Virus record (IMG/VR): IMGVR_UViG_3300032277_000036
Span: 1-35,357 of that record
Strand: one strand, 5' to 3'
Length of the DNA: 35,357 bases
DNA from: a virus
Taxonomy: Duplodnaviria > Caudoviricetes
The first letter of the stretch is position 1. Every line of letters starts with the position of its first letter. Below the pieces are notes generated by a model. That model did not search any database. It was not told where the DNA came from and saw only the letters and a program-made list of their open reading frames with translations. The translations under genes and the position numbers were made by a program. Of this stretch, positions 1-9,498 are shown piece after piece.

Positions 1-168
1 CAGACGGACCAGTTCGTCTGCGATGGTCTCTGTTTCTTGGATGATTTCATCGTCCCCAGAAATAGCCGACAGATTTAGGGCCATGCCCACAAAGTCCATC
101 AGCGCCTCTACCTGAACAGGGTGCATGTCTTTTAGTCCAAGTGTCTTTCCAATGTTCGGATCGATCAT
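1..168 (-). CDS. Hypothetical protein, truncated by window edge (MIDPNIGKTLGLKDMHPVQVEALMDFVG...)
   Basis: ATG at 168 overlaps the polymerase stop (ATGA coupling); frame is open for 56 codons to position 1. Confidence 0.7.
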   Translation of the reverse strand, partial: MIDPNIGKTLGLKDMHPVQVEALMDFVGMALNLSAISGDDEIIQETETIADELVRL

Positions 169-2099
169 TCGATTTCTCCCCAATCTTCCTTGATGTCTAC
201 GTCTATCTTCGAAGGAACCTTGAGCGGCACACCTGTCTCCATGATCTCCTTAATCCTAGCCGTTTGCTCTTGGCTCTCTATGTTAAAGCATAACTCATCA
301 TGAACCGTGAGCATAGGAGTAAGTCCCTCGTTGTAGCAATCGAGCATCGCCTTCTTGGTTTGGTCTGCCGCTGATCCTTGGATCAAACGGTTGAGCGCCT
401 TGTATGTGAAGGCGCGTTTAATATCCTTGCCGTACTCCTTCAGAGCTTCCTCGTGAGGTAGGGGTTTGCCTACTCCGAACTTCAGGGGCTCCCAAAGATG
501 AAACCTGCACTTACGGCCCAGTAGAGTGCGTATCTGACCGTTCTTGTCCGCCTGCTTGGTAGCCATATCCGCAAGCTGCTTAACAAACGGAACCTTACTG
601 CGGTGCCGCTTAATTAAATCCTTGGCGTCTTCCGCAGGAATACCCAACTGATCTGCCAGCTTGGCTACGCCCATGCCGTACATAATCCCAAGGTTTACCG
701 TCTTGGCTTGCTTGCGCGTAATCCCAGCAAGATCCGCTACCATCTGATGAAGATCCACGTCCCCACTGTTAAATTCGTCCACCACATTATCAACCACATG
801 GCTGCGCAGCGCAGACGGAACGCTTGCCGCAAAGTGTACCAAGAGCCGCGGTTCTTGGCTCGAGTAGTCAAACGACCCCCACTTCATACCGTCCTCTGGA
901 ATAAACAATCCTCGGATCATCTTCTTAATATCCGGATCCCGAGCCGGGATCTGCTGGAGGTTGGGGTTCGAAGAGGAGAACCGCCCCGTTACCGTACCGC
1001 CCTCGTCCCTGCGGGTGGAGTGCAGTTCCGTATGGATGCGTCCGTTGTGCTCGTGCCGCAGAATGCTGTCGATAAACGTAGCGTCGGCCTTGTCATACTC
1101 CCTTAGTTTAACCAACTGCTGGCATACTTCTGCTGGATGGTTGTTTAACCACGCCTTGGTAAACGACGGAGCTCCGCCTGTAGTCTTACCAGTATCCTCG
1201 TTTTCTTTGATCTCGGTCCTCGGGTATTCCATGCCCAGCTTATCGAACATCTTCTGGATTGAAGCAGACGCCCAGATGTCCACCTCCATGCCAGCTTCCT
1301 TTTCGATCTTGCCGCGCAGCAGCTTAGATTGTTTGCGGATCAACTTTTTATTCCGCTCGGCTTTATCCAGATCCACCCGCACCCCTTGGGTTCGCATGTC
1401 CAACATACAAGGAATCAAACCGTTTTCGATGTCCCAGATATGCCAGAGTTCCTGATCCTCGAGCTCGATCTTCAGAGCCTGCCACAATTTAAGCGTAGCC
1501 ACTGCATCCTGCTCGGCATAGGCCCCCACATATTTAGGTGGCAGCTTGTACATCTCTGCCTTGGGATCAACGCCCCATTCCTTGGCAGCAGCTTGCAGCA
1601 GTTTCTCGTTCTTGCGTAGCGCAACAAAATCCCGAGCCATAGCATCGAGGCCAAAGGACCAACGGTTTTCATTGACCAACGCGCCAGTAATCATCGTGTC
1701 TATAATCCGACCCTTGATCTCTACGCCCTCGGCTCTCATCCATCCCGCATCGTAGGTCGCGTTGTGCATGATTACATTCATGTCGGGCACGGACATCTGT
1801 TTCTTGAGCCAGCGCATGGTGAACTTGGGATCGAGGTTGTGGGAGTTTTCATGGCGGATCGGGAAGTACCCTTTGTACTCCCCCGCTGCCACAGCAATCC
1901 CTATGATATGCCCGTCCTTGCGAGCCCAGCCCGGACCCAAGGTTTTGATGTTGGGATCATATGTCTCCAGATCCACAGCCACTTCTTTGTAACCCGTAAG
2001 ATCGGGATACTCCGGTGGAATGTTCCAGTCGGCATCGATCAGATCCAACTCGTTTTTAATCTGGTGGTGCAGCGCACTGCCGAATAAGTTATTTTGCAT
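165..2099 (-). CDS. polA: Family A DNA polymerase with 3'-5' exonuclease domain
   Basis: Exo motifs DLETYD, HNATYD, YAEQD; TGRFSSSNPNLQQIP; motif A FDYSSQEPRL; motif B RKQAKTVNLGIMYG; motif C TVHDEL. No 5'-3' exonuclease domain. Confidence 0.97.
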   Translation of the reverse strand: MQNNLFGSALHHQIKNELDLIDADWNIPPEYPDLTGYKEVAVDLETYDPNIKTLGPGWARKDGHIIGIAVAAGEYKGYFPIRHENSHNLDPKFTMRWLKKQMSVPDMNVIMHNATYDAGWMRAEGVEIKGRIIDTMITGALVNENRWSFGLDAMARDFVALRKNEKLLQAAAKEWGVDPKAEMYKLPPKYVGAYAEQDAVATLKLWQALKIELEDQELWHIWDIENGLIPCMLDMRTQGVRVDLDKAERNKKLIRKQSKLLRGKIEKEAGMEVDIWASASIQKMFDKLGMEYPRTEIKENEDTGKTTGGAPSFTKAWLNNHPAEVCQQLVKLREYDKADATFIDSILRHEHNGRIHTELHSTRRDEGGTVTGRFSSSNPNLQQIPARDPDIKKMIRGLFIPEDGMKWGSFDYSSQEPRLLVHFAASVPSALRSHVVDNVVDEFNSGDVDLHQMVADLAGITRKQAKTVNLGIMYGMGVAKLADQLGIPAEDAKDLIKRHRSKVPFVKQLADMATKQADKNGQIRTLLGRKCRFHLWEPLKFGVGKPLPHEEALKEYGKDIKRAFTYKALNRLIQGSAADQTKKAMLDCYNEGLTPMLTVHDELCFNIESQEQTARIKEIMETGVPLKVPSKIDVDIKEDWGEIE

Positions 2100-2424
2100 T
2101 CTTTGTTCGCATTCTATCTATGATATCCGAAATACTGCTCTTGTCACGATCCGTGTGCTCCGCCCCCAAGGCACTGTAACCAGCCTTGTCTATCCACGAA
2201 TCCTCGTGATCTATAGTCTCGATAAGACGTGCACTCTTTACCCAGTCCATCATTAACGCAACATGCGCCGGGGTCACATGACCGTGGCTCTTCATCGCCC
2301 CACTAATAATTACATTCCATCCGGTGGCGATCCGAGAGTGGTTGTCGTATGCGTCACCGTAATCCGTGGCCCTCGGACCATTGATCAGTTCCTTCGCCTC
2401 ATCTAAAACTTCATCTCTCTTCAT
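2089..2424 (-). CDS. Conserved phage protein, DUF6378-like (MKRDEVLDEAKELINGPRATDYG...)
   Basis: Pattern L.EA..LI.G.R..DYG...NH.RIA..W...KSAR...DSWIDKAGY; start set at ATG 2424 after GAGG. Confidence 0.75.
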   Translation of the reverse strand: MKRDEVLDEAKELINGPRATDYGDAYDNHSRIATGWNVIISGAMKSHGHVTPAHVALMMDWVKSARLIETIDHEDSWIDKAGYSALGAEHTDRDKSSISDIIDRMRTKNAK

Positions 2425-2428
2425 GTCG

Positions 2429-2755
2429 TTATCCTCTAAACAGGTTGCTTTTCCATTGACACACCTTGTCAATATGTGTGTGGCGTGTGGTAGGACGTAC
2501 CATTCCCACCTTCTCAACCCACCCTAACTTTCGCAGAGATGCCATCATAGCCCCCCAAACATTATGATGGTGAGGGTCTTTCATCCCTTGCGACCTACAA
2601 AACGCACAAATCTTTCCGCCCTCAACAAACTCATGCTCGGACAAATACTTTGCTGCGTTGTCGTAGTATTCCTGTTTCCACTCATCGTTCGCATGGACGT
2701 AGGCTCGTTCGATTTCAGCTTCGATAAAATCAAAGCGATCTTGCTCATTGGTCAT
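2429..2755 (-). CDS. Hypothetical protein
   Basis: 108-aa ORF, ATGA-coupled to the helicase stop, within the operon. Confidence 0.75.
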   Translation of the reverse strand: MTNEQDRFDFIEAEIERAYVHANDEWKQEYYDNAAKYLSEHEFVEGGKICAFCRSQGMKDPHHHNVWGAMMASLRKLGWVEKVGMVRPTTRHTHIDKVCQWKSNLFRG

Positions 2756-4281
2756 ATCGTGTACCTGTACTTATAGTTGCTCTGAAGAATGTATAACGTG
2801 TGACGCGCTCTGGTTACGCCAACGTAAAACGCTCGATGCTCATCGTCCGGGTGATCGCTGTTTACACACGCCGCCGTCGACATCGTGTACACAACGCAGT
2901 TGTCGTCCTCCCCGCCTTTCATTGCATGGAATGTGGACAACTTGATACGAGGCTCCGACATTAAATCATCGCCTCTCCGAGCCATGGCGTCAATGTAATC
3001 CTGATCGTCTCGGCCCACGCGCATCACCTCATAGGCGCTCTGCTCTGGCCCAGCCAACAACCCGTACTGAAGCTGCAAGATTTCTATGTCCAGTTCAGCG
3101 TCCGGAGCAAGCACATCCAGCATCTTCGTCGAGCCACGCTTGACTACAGCATTCTTTCCCTGCTTCGGAACCGCCGAATAGAGGTCCTTGATGCGTTGCA
3201 GCCCCACGCTTTTACCAGCACATAGGTCATTCCAAGTTCCCAAGTTCGCCACCAGTTCGAGCGGAATACTGGGCCTGCCCTTGATCGAATACTTAAACCC
3301 AGCCTTTCGAACATGCTTGGCTAACTCGTAAACATATCCGTTAGTTCGAGCCATGATGGTCCACGATCCCTCGTGCAGCGGAACGTCCTCCAGATGATAA
3401 ACGTATTCGACGTTACCCTCTTCGTCTCGAGCCTTAAATTGTTTGACGTGCCGATCATCAATCCGCTGGGCGATTGTCTTTGCCAGCGCGTGAACCGATC
3501 TTGGAATGCGATAGCTTTGAGCCAAAACTTTGACGTTAGCCGAGCTTTTGTTAAACTCCTTAACATCAACGCCCGTCCACCTGTGAATGGCCTGATCATC
3601 ATCCCCAGCAATATAAACCTTCTCTGACTTCTCCGCGATCTTCTCCGCCATGCGCCACTGCAATGGGGTAAAGTCTTGAGCCTCGTCGATAAACAAATAG
3701 TCGAGGTTCGGTGGGATCCCCAGCGTGATGTACTTCTCGATCATATCCACATAATCGTACTTGCTGGTCGCGGCCTTGTACTCAATAAGCTGCTTGGATA
3801 ACTGCTCCAGCTTGGGAAAGAACAAGTCCCTGTCGCCCTCCTGATTGAACTCCGTGTCCAAATCAACCATGCGCAACCGTGCGCGGTTCTCAAGCTGTAG
3901 GTACTTGGACCCCGATCCTCCGAGCGTGGGCAGTGACATGCCATCCTCGAGGTTCGTCCGTATCTTGCCCTCGAAGGTCAAACCAATCTCGCGCCCGATG
4001 TTGTCGTAGTCTTCTTTGTTCATCACGTCTTGGGACTGTAACCCAAGTCCACGAAACCCAAACGAATGGCTCGTCCGCATGTGGGGAAAGTCTTTGGCCT
4101 CCAGATTAAACTCAGCACAGGCTCTTGTTACCATCTCCTCGATAGCCTTGCGCGTGAATGAAATAACCCCCAGTCGAGACGGGTGCGCTCCACTAGCCAA
4201 CGCCTCTTTGATCTGCTGTATGAGGTAGTATGTTTTACCAGTGCCCGGTGGGCCTAGAACAAGTTCCGCTTTAGGTATCAT
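2752..4281 (-). CDS. Superfamily 1 (UvrD/Rep-like) DNA helicase
   Basis: Walker A GPPGTGKT, SFTRKA, Walker B FIDEAQD, AGDDDQAIHRW, QSYRIP, STFHAMKGGE, YVGVTRAR; start reassigned to ATG 4281. Confidence 0.93.
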   Translation of the reverse strand: MIPKAELVLGPPGTGKTYYLIQQIKEALASGAHPSRLGVISFTRKAIEEMVTRACAEFNLEAKDFPHMRTSHSFGFRGLGLQSQDVMNKEDYDNIGREIGLTFEGKIRTNLEDGMSLPTLGGSGSKYLQLENRARLRMVDLDTEFNQEGDRDLFFPKLEQLSKQLIEYKAATSKYDYVDMIEKYITLGIPPNLDYLFIDEAQDFTPLQWRMAEKIAEKSEKVYIAGDDDQAIHRWTGVDVKEFNKSSANVKVLAQSYRIPRSVHALAKTIAQRIDDRHVKQFKARDEEGNVEYVYHLEDVPLHEGSWTIMARTNGYVYELAKHVRKAGFKYSIKGRPSIPLELVANLGTWNDLCAGKSVGLQRIKDLYSAVPKQGKNAVVKRGSTKMLDVLAPDAELDIEILQLQYGLLAGPEQSAYEVMRVGRDDQDYIDAMARRGDDLMSEPRIKLSTFHAMKGGEDDNCVVYTMSTAACVNSDHPDDEHRAFYVGVTRARHTLYILQSNYKYRYTI

Positions 4282-4492
4282 ATTCTTTTCCTCTTGGTCT
4301 GCTGTTGACCCAATCCTCGATCTCCGCCAAAACCCAGCGCGAAGCCGAGCGTCGATTATCGTCGGACCCAAGAACAATGGGCTTCGGAAAGTCTTCTGTC
4401 ATCTGTGCTAACTTGTAGACGTAAGACCGTGATACTCCCAATAGATCGGCAACCTCTCCGACCCGGAGCAATCTGTTAGAATGGGATGTCAT
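4271..4492 (-). CDS. AlpA/excisionase-like HTH DNA-binding protein
   Basis: LLRVGEVADLLGVSRSYVYKL...FPKPIVLG...RWVLAEIEDW matches the AlpA pattern. Confidence 0.85.
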   Translation of the reverse strand: MTSHSNRLLRVGEVADLLGVSRSYVYKLAQMTEDFPKPIVLGSDDNRRSASRWVLAEIEDWVNSRPRGKEYDT

Positions 4493-6002
4493 TATCTATC
4501 TCCTGTACGGGTAATTCTACCTCGTCCTCTTCAAATGCAGGAACCCACCAACAACGTATCTTGGTTCGCTTCCCGCCTCGTTTCATAATATTCTGACTGC
4601 CGTTATCGCCGCCCATGTCCCTGATCATCTGAATGATCTGAGCTCGGCCCAGCGCAGTAAACCTGCGGTGGTGCAGATATTCCAGCAGCCCCTCGATCTT
4701 AAACTTGGTTACGCCGTCATCGGTCCACGGCTTGCCCATCTCAATCTCTTCCGGTGCCATCGCTCGAATGTGGCTCGTGCAGTAAGAAACCAAATGACTC
4801 TTGAACTGCCCCGCATACGTCTCTTCCTCCGGTACATCGATGTACGTCGCTTGGCTCATCAAGCTGTTGACCATCTGCTGCCATTTGTTGGCCTTGGTAG
4901 TCGGAGGCATAAAGTTGCACTGCTCCATGCAGGCCCGTTGCCAAAGCGTCTGGTTCTGTAACTGCTCGGTGCTCAACTGAATGCGCAGCCCGTTTACATC
5001 CATGAAGTATAACCGCGGCTCGGACAGCATGATTGTCAGGCCACCAACCTGTGGTGCATCCGGAGCATCGTCGCTAATCCCATGCTTTGCCAACACGCAA
5101 AGCGATGGATCGCAATACGACTTGAACGGCTCATCCTTACAAGTGTACCCCCAGTCTTTCTTCTCATGCTGCTTGATAACCGTCATGACTTCCGTCGAGG
5201 GCAGCGGAGGAGAAAACAACGTCCGGTTATATTCTTCCAACGCATTCTGCCAACTGTCCGGAAACTTCTTCTTGCAGTACACGCCCATAAAAAAGAGCAG
5301 CTTATTGCGCGGCTCCGACTGCGGCCCGTCCGAAAAGATGTTTCGAATACACGGAGGTCCGTCATCAAAATGCTTGCGCGTCTGGGTCGTGCTACGAATA
5401 GCCTCCAGATCCGACAACAGTACGCTTTTCTTGTCGATAGCCTCCAGAAACTCATCGAGCTCCATCGCATCGCCCTTCTCATCGAAGCAATACCGCTGGG
5501 GCATCTCCGCATCGAAGTAGGGCATGTTGATAAAGTTACCCACGTCCCCGCGCTCGACAATAATCGTGTCTTGCTTCGGGAATATCTCGACCCCACTGTG
5601 ACCCAGCATGATCGACATCTCGGTCAGATACTCTCGGACCACCGCCGCCTGTTCCCACTCCTTGAGAAACAAATACAGATGCGCCCCACCCGACTTAGAT
5701 CGACAGTGCAGCAGCGGAAGCTGTAGCTTCTGGATCTTGTCCTGTAACTCTTTCTGGTTCAGATCGTAGACATCAACGTCAATCGCCCCGAACCTACACT
5801 TATTCTCTTCGTTGATCGGGATAGCCCCGACCCCCTGCTTGCCATCGATGTGCGCCTGTACTAGCGCCTCGGTCAACGGCTCTCGTATGATCTTGCTTTT
5901 GCTGTTTGCCTTGCCGTCCCTGCTTGTTCGTCCAACAGTCGTTGTACCATGAGCATTCTTCGCCCCAGCAAACGCGGCAAGCAGCTTTTTAGATTGTGAC
6001 AT
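4476..6002 (-). CDS. Archaeo-eukaryotic-type primase (Prim-Pol) with PriCT-like region
   Basis: AEP motifs GAIDVD and RSKSGGAHLY; PriCT-like RNKLLF...YNRTLFSPPLPSTEV; acidic DNDIPF tail. Confidence 0.82.
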   Translation of the reverse strand: MSQSKKLLAAFAGAKNAHGTTTVGRTSRDGKANSKSKIIREPLTEALVQAHIDGKQGVGAIPINEENKCRFGAIDVDVYDLNQKELQDKIQKLQLPLLHCRSKSGGAHLYLFLKEWEQAAVVREYLTEMSIMLGHSGVEIFPKQDTIIVERGDVGNFINMPYFDAEMPQRYCFDEKGDAMELDEFLEAIDKKSVLLSDLEAIRSTTQTRKHFDDGPPCIRNIFSDGPQSEPRNKLLFFMGVYCKKKFPDSWQNALEEYNRTLFSPPLPSTEVMTVIKQHEKKDWGYTCKDEPFKSYCDPSLCVLAKHGISDDAPDAPQVGGLTIMLSEPRLYFMDVNGLRIQLSTEQLQNQTLWQRACMEQCNFMPPTTKANKWQQMVNSLMSQATYIDVPEEETYAGQFKSHLVSYCTSHIRAMAPEEIEMGKPWTDDGVTKFKIEGLLEYLHHRRFTALGRAQIIQMIRDMGGDNGSQNIMKRGGKRTKIRCWWVPAFEEDEVELPVQEIDNDIPF

Positions 6003-6022
6003 TTACTGCTCCCAAATGAAGT

Positions 6023-6053
6023 TGGGGGACGGCCTGCAACACCCGCCCCCCGA
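6023..6053 (-). terminator. GC-rich hairpin after the SSB gene (weak terminator or mRNA stabiliser)
   Basis: Minus strand GGGGGGCGG...CCGTCCCCC stem just after the stop codon; poor U-tract. Confidence 0.5.
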
Positions 6054-6059
6054 GGCTAC

Positions 6060-6854
6060 TTAGAACGGAATTTCATCTTCGTCCTTGACCGGGGTATTGG
6101 AAGTTGGGTTTCCCTCCTCCGGAGCAGCTTTCACTTCGCCAGCCGCAACACTGTCGCGGAAGGCTTTGGCTTCGAGCATTAGATCGCGGTCCTCGACCAG
6201 TCCGATCTTCTCAATAGTGTAATTGAACCACGACCCTTGGTCATTGCTTTCCTCAACAGTGGTAAACTTCCACTGAGTGGCAAACAACGGAGGCAGAACC
6301 ATCTGCCCTGTCTTCGGGTGCTTGATCTTCTGCATAGCAATCTGGGTTTTCCAACGGCGGCTGACTTTTAACTGCGATGATTTCATATCGATCACGACAG
6401 GTTGAGTAATGCCATCCTTGCCAACAACTAAACAGAAATGCTGATCCGATTTAACCAACTCGTGTCCATTAGGCAGGATCTCCTTGGCCCCATTGCGAGT
6501 GGTTTTTTGAAGCACCGGATCAGTGGCTGGGATCTCCCCTTGGAAACCACCACCTTGCTCCCGAGGTATGAACTCGAGGTACTTGGTGGTCTGGAAACAA
6601 GGAACGACTGTTATCCCTTCTTCGCCCGTGAACAGTTCCATGGTCACGTTATTAAACATGTCCCCCTGCTCCGAGCCTTCGATGTACTGAGCTTCACGCT
6701 TCTTGAGTTGTGGCGACATCGCTTGCAAAATACGAATGAACGGGATCTGCATCTCGCTGCTGTCGTATGTTGCGCCTTCACCCGCGAACTCGAGGATGTC
6801 GTCCATGACATCTGTGCTTAACTCTGCATTTTTCTTTTTTGCTACGGCACCCAT
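6060..6854 (-). CDS. Putative single-stranded DNA-binding protein
   Basis: Replication-module position, IPFIRILQAMSPQ and GSWFNY motifs, acidic C-terminus EDEIPF; start at ATG 6854. Confidence 0.72.
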   Translation of the reverse strand: MGAVAKKKNAELSTDVMDDILEFAGEGATYDSSEMQIPFIRILQAMSPQLKKREAQYIEGSEQGDMFNNVTMELFTGEEGITVVPCFQTTKYLEFIPREQGGGFQGEIPATDPVLQKTTRNGAKEILPNGHELVKSDQHFCLVVGKDGITQPVVIDMKSSQLKVSRRWKTQIAMQKIKHPKTGQMVLPPLFATQWKFTTVEESNDQGSWFNYTIEKIGLVEDRDLMLEAKAFRDSVAAGEVKAAPEEGNPTSNTPVKDEDEIPF

Positions 6855-6855
6855 A

Positions 6856-7413
6856 TTACTTCCTCCGGATCTGTGCTGTGTTAGAAATGAACGCCCCGAA
6901 CAGGTCGAGGTCGATTGGTTTACCATCCGTCACGCGCTCTTTAACAAACGCTTTGAGTGTGGATGGGTGGACGTGGGTCTTGGTTTGAGGATCAAAGCCA
7001 CGATCTTGCAGCAGACCAACAACGTCCCCCGCAACATTGTCTTCGCCCTTACCAAACGAAACGGTGATGTCGTTCTTGATGATGTCGTCCAGCCCGTTAT
7101 CGCGTAACCAACCCAAGGCTTCGTCCTTGCGGTCCTTGGGTATCGAGGCAGACACAATCATCTTGCGCTCGACTACAGCACCGTCCACGTCAAGACGCTC
7201 GACGCCCATCTCATCCATCAGAACAGGAATGTTCTCGACAGACAGCTTGTGCTTCTCTTGCTTGAGTGCCTTCAAGTGATCCTCCGCATCGCTGATTTGC
7301 TGCTCAACATTACGCAGGGTTCGAACCAGTTGACTTAACTGCTTTCCGGTTCCAGTATCGACGGACGCTAACGCATCTGATTCGTCGAAGTAGTCTTCAA
7401 ATATATCGTTCAT
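6856..7413 (-). CDS. Conserved hypothetical replication-module protein (coiled-coil N-terminus, VHPSTLKAFVKE motif)
   Basis: 185-aa ORF with GAGG RBS; first gene of the leftward replication operon. Confidence 0.8.
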   Translation of the reverse strand: MNDIFEDYFDESDALASVDTGTGKQLSQLVRTLRNVEQQISDAEDHLKALKQEKHKLSVENIPVLMDEMGVERLDVDGAVVERKMIVSASIPKDRKDEALGWLRDNGLDDIIKNDITVSFGKGEDNVAGDVVGLLQDRGFDPQTKTHVHPSTLKAFVKERVTDGKPIDLDLFGAFISNTAQIRRK

Positions 7414-7432
7414 AAGTTTTTCCTCTTCAGGG

Positions 7433-7464
7433 TTGATTTATACGGTAGCCTCGTGCTATCCGTA
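7433..7464. promoter_or_regulatory. Divergent promoter region with inverted repeat TACGGTAGC-N5-GCTATCCGTA
   Basis: 73-bp gap between divergent genes; TTGATT followed ~17 nt later by GCTATC; imperfect palindrome overlaps it. Confidence 0.45.
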
Positions 7465-7486
7465 CAGAAGACAATAGTGGAGGTAT

Positions 7487-8959
7487 ATGATGGATGTCAA
7501 CTACAATTTTAAATTAAAACCGTTTGACCATCAAAAACAGGCGCTCAATACCGGGTGGGATCGTATTGAGTTCGGGCTGTTCATGGAAATGGGAACGGGC
7601 AAATCAAAGGTTCTGATCGACAACATGGGTATGTTGTACCAAGCGGGGCTCATAGACTTCGCCTTGGTCATCGCTCCCAAGGGTGTCTACCGCAACTGGG
7701 TAGCCAAAGAAATCCCCGAGCATATGTCCGATGACATCGAGCATCGAGTAATCCGTTGGGTGTCATCGCCAAACAAAAAGCAGCAAGAAGAAATGCGGTC
7801 AGTAAAAGACAGGTTCAACGGCCTGACCATCTTCGTCATGAACGTCGAATCGTTCTCCTCGGTCAAAGGTAAAACCGCTGGTGAATGGATGGGTCGTGCG
7901 CTGGGCTCAAATGGTCTAATCGCAATCGACGAATCAACCACCATAAAAAACCATAAGGCCAAGCGCACCAAGAACCTGATGAAAATCGCAGACATGTTCA
8001 AGTACAAAAGACTATTGACAGGGTCTCCGATAACAAAAAGTCCAATGGATATTTATTCTCAGTGTGAATTTTTACGGTCGGGCTTGCTGGGGTATGATAG
8101 TTTCTATGCGTTCCAAGGACGGTACGCCGTCACACAAAAACGCACCATGGGACATAATTCATTCCAACAGATCGTCGGGTTCAAGAACCTTGATGAACTA
8201 ACTTGGCGCATCGAAAACTTTTCCTATCGGGTGCTCAAAAAAGATTGCCTCGATCTGCCAGATAAAATCTACACCGCTCGATACGTCACCCTGACCGACG
8301 AGCAACTAAAGATGTACAACCAGATCAAAGAACAGGCGCTCTTGCTCCTCGATAACGGGGACCTCGTGTCTGCACCCGCGGTCATTACCCAGCTTCTCAG
8401 GCTGCAACAGATTATGTCCGGACACCTCAAGACAGATGACGGCGATACTCTGACCTTTAAGTCATCGCGCATGGATGCCCTGACCGAGATCATGGACGAG
8501 CATGACGGCAAAGCAATCATCTGGTCTCGCTTCCGGTATGACATCCAACAGATCACAGCCATGCTAAACGAGAAGTTCGGAGCAGGTTGTGCCGCATCAT
8601 ACTACGGCGATACGTCCGACGATGAACGCAACCGCATCGTTCAAAACTTCCAAGACCCAAACCACCCGCTCAAGTTTTTCGTGGGCAACCCAGCAACCGC
8701 TGGGTACGGCCTGACGTTGACCGAAGCAAACCTCGTGGTGTACTATGCAAACGACTTCAATCTGGAAACACGGATCCAATCAGAGGACCGCGCCCACCGG
8801 ATCGGACAAAAGAATAACGTGACCTACATCGATCTGATTACCGAAGGCACAATCGACGAACGGATCGTCAAGGCTCTTCGAGCAAAGATCGATATCGGCG
8901 CAAAGGTACTAGGCGAGGAAGCAAAAGAATGGCTAAGTCTAAATCCCACGAAGAAGTAA
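7487..8959 (+). CDS. SNF2-like superfamily 2 helicase
   Basis: MEMGTGKS, IAIDEST, LLTGSPI, GYGLTLTEA, QSEDRAHRIGQ; GGAGG RBS. Confidence 0.92.
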   Translation: MMDVNYNFKLKPFDHQKQALNTGWDRIEFGLFMEMGTGKSKVLIDNMGMLYQAGLIDFALVIAPKGVYRNWVAKEIPEHMSDDIEHRVIRWVSSPNKKQQEEMRSVKDRFNGLTIFVMNVESFSSVKGKTAGEWMGRALGSNGLIAIDESTTIKNHKAKRTKNLMKIADMFKYKRLLTGSPITKSPMDIYSQCEFLRSGLLGYDSFYAFQGRYAVTQKRTMGHNSFQQIVGFKNLDELTWRIENFSYRVLKKDCLDLPDKIYTARYVTLTDEQLKMYNQIKEQALLLLDNGDLVSAPAVITQLLRLQQIMSGHLKTDDGDTLTFKSSRMDALTEIMDEHDGKAIIWSRFRYDIQQITAMLNEKFGAGCAASYYGDTSDDERNRIVQNFQDPNHPLKFFVGNPATAGYGLTLTEANLVVYYANDFNLETRIQSEDRAHRIGQKNNVTYIDLITEGTIDERIVKALRAKIDIGAKVLGEEAKEWLSLNPTKK

Positions 8960-9171
8960 TCGAAGCAATCTGCGATTACAAAAAAGGATGGACCAACCTG
9001 AAAAGCGCAAAGGAGGAGCTCGGTGAACTAGCTGGGCTCTCTCCCGATATAGCAGGGGCGCTGCTCAAAAATATGAAGCGCAGCAACGTCACACAAATAC
9101 GCGGGTACTCTAAAGAAAAAGACTACCAAATCGCAGGGAAAAAGGGAAAGCCTAACGAGGCAAAAAAATAA
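8929..9171 (+). CDS. Hypothetical protein
   Basis: 80-aa ORF overlapping the helicase end. Confidence 0.65.
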   Translation: MAKSKSHEEVIEAICDYKKGWTNLKSAKEELGELAGLSPDIAGALLKNMKRSNVTQIRGYSKEKDYQIAGKKGKPNEAKK

Positions 9172-9211
9172 CCCCAACCGTTGCAGTGCGAAACCTAGCC
9201 GGGTCGGGGTT
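9160..9211 (-). terminator. Rho-independent terminator for the leftward cluster (convergent junction)
   Basis: Minus-strand stem AACCCCGACC...GGTTGGGGTT followed by ATTTTTTTG. Confidence 0.6.
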
Positions 9212-9261
9212 AGTCTATGAGGGCAAATAAGGCCACAGGCGTGAACCTATTCGAGCAGTGA

Positions 9262-9441
9262 TTAAACTGTATCAGAGTTTTCCAACGCTGCATAGGCTTT
9301 TCTAACCAAAACAGACAGTTGTCGCGCCATGTTTCTCTGTTCTTTGCCAGCCATCTCACGAAGCATCTCGTGATCGTCAAGCAACATCGCCACATTTCTA
9401 AACTTAGGCAGTGGCGGCTCGGGCTTTTGTTTCTTAGCCAT
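9262..9441 (-). CDS. Small ribbon-helix-helix-like DNA-binding protein
   Basis: FRNVAMLLDDHEMLREMAGKEQRNMARQLSVLVRKA has an Arc/CopG-like strand-helix-helix pattern; AAGGA RBS before ATG 9441. Confidence 0.6.
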   Translation of the reverse strand: MAKKQKPEPPLPKFRNVAMLLDDHEMLREMAGKEQRNMARQLSVLVRKAYAALENSDTV

Positions 9442-9460
9442 AAGTAATCCTTTATCAGTT

Positions 9461-9497
9461 GTCGCCCACAAGTATCACACATGTGGGCGACACGCAA
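9461..9497 (-). promoter_or_regulatory. Sigma70-like promoter TTGCGT-N17-TACTTG overlapped by a perfect 10-bp inverted repeat
   Basis: GTCGCCCACA (9461-9470) / TGTGGGCGAC (9482-9491); -35 at 9497-9492 and -10 at 9474-9469. Confidence 0.55.
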
Positions 9498-9498
9498 G

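Noticed and set aside
4282-4377. Extended N-termini from the ORF track for the helicase (also SSB, DUF6378-like, endolysin, HNH)
   Set aside because: They overlap upstream genes or lack an RBS; downstream starts have RBSs or translational coupling.
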